A DNA stretch of 64,000 nucleotides from Polymyxa betae A26-41 (Eukaryota > Protista > Endomyxa: Phytomyxea), in NCBI GenBank assembly GCA_003693705.1, contig RBZT01000623.1:186001-250000 (forward strand), in the 5' to 3' direction. Shown one piece after another: positions 62,462 to 64,000 of this stretch. The notes below the pieces were generated by a model. It had not been told where the DNA came from and did not search any database. It saw only the letters and a program-made list of their open reading frames with translations. The translations under genes were made by a program, and so were the position numbers. Position 1 is the stretch's first letter, and the number at the start of each line of letters is the position of its first letter.

Positions 62462-64000
62462 ATGTCGAATACAGGTGGCAAGGTATTCAATATATCTATT
62501 ATGTACATTGTATTGAGCTGATCTGATACATAGCTAATTGCATGTGGGTATTTACGTAAGAAGAGTCCTAAAGGACTTGTTGGATTATCATTATGGCAGA
62601 GACGATTCTTCTGCCTATATGAGAATGTCATGACCTACAGCAAAGATAAGAATGATGTTAGTCAGAATCAAGGTCGGATGAGATCACCATTCTATTCAAT
62701 GTAATGATTGAATTGATTATTTAGCATCTGGAGCTATTCCAGTTCGTGAGATGGTATCCGTTGAACGTGTTCGTAAAGATCCTTGTAGATTTGAGATCAT
62801 GATATCTGGACGTATATTCTCATTATTAGCAGATAGTCCAGCAGAAGTTACTGATTGGGTTGATGCACTCTCTAAACAGATCATTCTCGTCAAGACACGA
62901 TTACAGAGCCATCGATCTAATTCAGATCCAGATCTTGAGAAACCTGTCAAATACTGGAAGGATGCTAAAGGCGTTCTGGACGATTTAAACTCTCCAAATC
63001 GGCCCAGCGTGCAACCATTCAGTCAGAGCAATGCTTTCACGAAAATCGATCTATCGACATTGGCGAGTTTGTCAAGCAGCACGATGAGATCGGCGAAATC
63101 TGGCGTTAAGATCACGATTGTGCCTCCCTCTAATGATGAGCTGGACGCCATGGCCCTGCATTCCACCGAATCCAATGATGATTCAGTTGTTGGTGATATC
63201 GATGATCCAGCTGGATCTGAACGAAGATTCAACCTGGATGATCTGAAAGTTGAGAAGATCTTGGGTCAGGGCGTGTTTGGTGACCTTTGTCTTGTACTTG
63301 ATAAGAAATCAGCTGAATACTACATGATGCAGAGAATGAAGGTCACATCACCAACAGCAACAGTTCGTATAGGTTAAACTGTTTGATCGATTGATGGCTG
63401 ATGATGATCTGTATAGATGGCATTAGATGCAATGAGAAAGATGTCATCATTGAATAATCCATATATTATGCAATGTTTAGATTATGAGATTACATCAGAT
63501 CAAGCATGGGCTATCTATGAATATGTTCAAGGTCCAAACCTTCTTCAACATCTTCGAACACAGCGACGTTTTCCTGAAGAGATCGCCCGCCTGTTTCTTG
63601 CTGAAGTTGCCTATGCTGTTAATTACGTACACAAGAAAGGATCGATCTTCAGGAATATGGATCCTGAACATATCGCTCTCGATATAACCGGTCATGTTGT
63701 TATTACAGATTTCAGAATAGCTCTAGCAGCTGCTGATAATCATCAGCCATGCAGAAATGCAGAATATCGAACTCCTGAATATATTTCTGGACAAGGAGAA
63801 TGTCCTGAATCAGATTGGTGGAGACTTGGTGTTCTAACATATGAACTTCTTGTTGGATTTCCACCATTTCGTGATAAAGATCAAGCTGAACTTGATCATA
63901 AGATTCAATCATGTATTCTTCGATTTCCACCATTCGTATCAGGTCATGCTGCTGATTTTATGCACAAGTTGATGCAGGTCGATATTGATCAACGATTAGG
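62462..64000 (+). CDS. PH domain + AGC-family pseudokinase, truncated by the window end
   Basis: PH: GYLRKKSP..WQRRFF...DWVDAL; kinase fold LGQGVFG, DWWRLGVLTYELLVGFPPF, but with FRNMDPEH and DFR in place of the catalytic motifs. Confidence 0.85.

Overview
Eukaryotic nuclear DNA from a very gene-dense genome with short (mostly 45-60 nt) spliceosomal introns, so most genes appear as fragments in the ORF track. About 28 protein-coding genes can be supported. They are GST, PIG-C, a DNA ligase I-type gene, RPS7, an HSF, a PSMD9-type PDZ protein, an organellar TilS, Rab23, RRP36, TSR2, a cytochrome P450, a class VI-like chitin synthase, a PDI, a very long coiled-coil protein, RPS21, RPL9, a secreted CUB-EGF-tyrosinase, a GBF1-type ARF-GEF, UNG, ZNF706, an EDEM3-type mannosidase, an FN3 surface protein, a giant HECT E3, a PH-AGC pseudokinase running off the right end, and a few hypotheticals. 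Chitin synthase, Rab23, TilS and tiny introns together suggest a flagellated, chitin-walled protist such as a plasmodiophorid; this is inference only. No tRNA, rRNA, CRISPR array or intact transposon was recognised. The best leads are (1) a possible GIY-YIG-like domain upstream of, and perhaps spliced to, the ligase, (2) the CUB-EGF-tyrosinase architecture, (3) motifs shared by ribosomal-protein and ribosome-biogenesis promoters, (4) the Akt-like pseudokinase, (5) the fungal class VI-like chitin synthase, and (6) a palindromic 12-mer repeat array followed by a TM microprotein and a P450. All exon boundaries were read by eye and family calls come from recalled motifs, not database searches.
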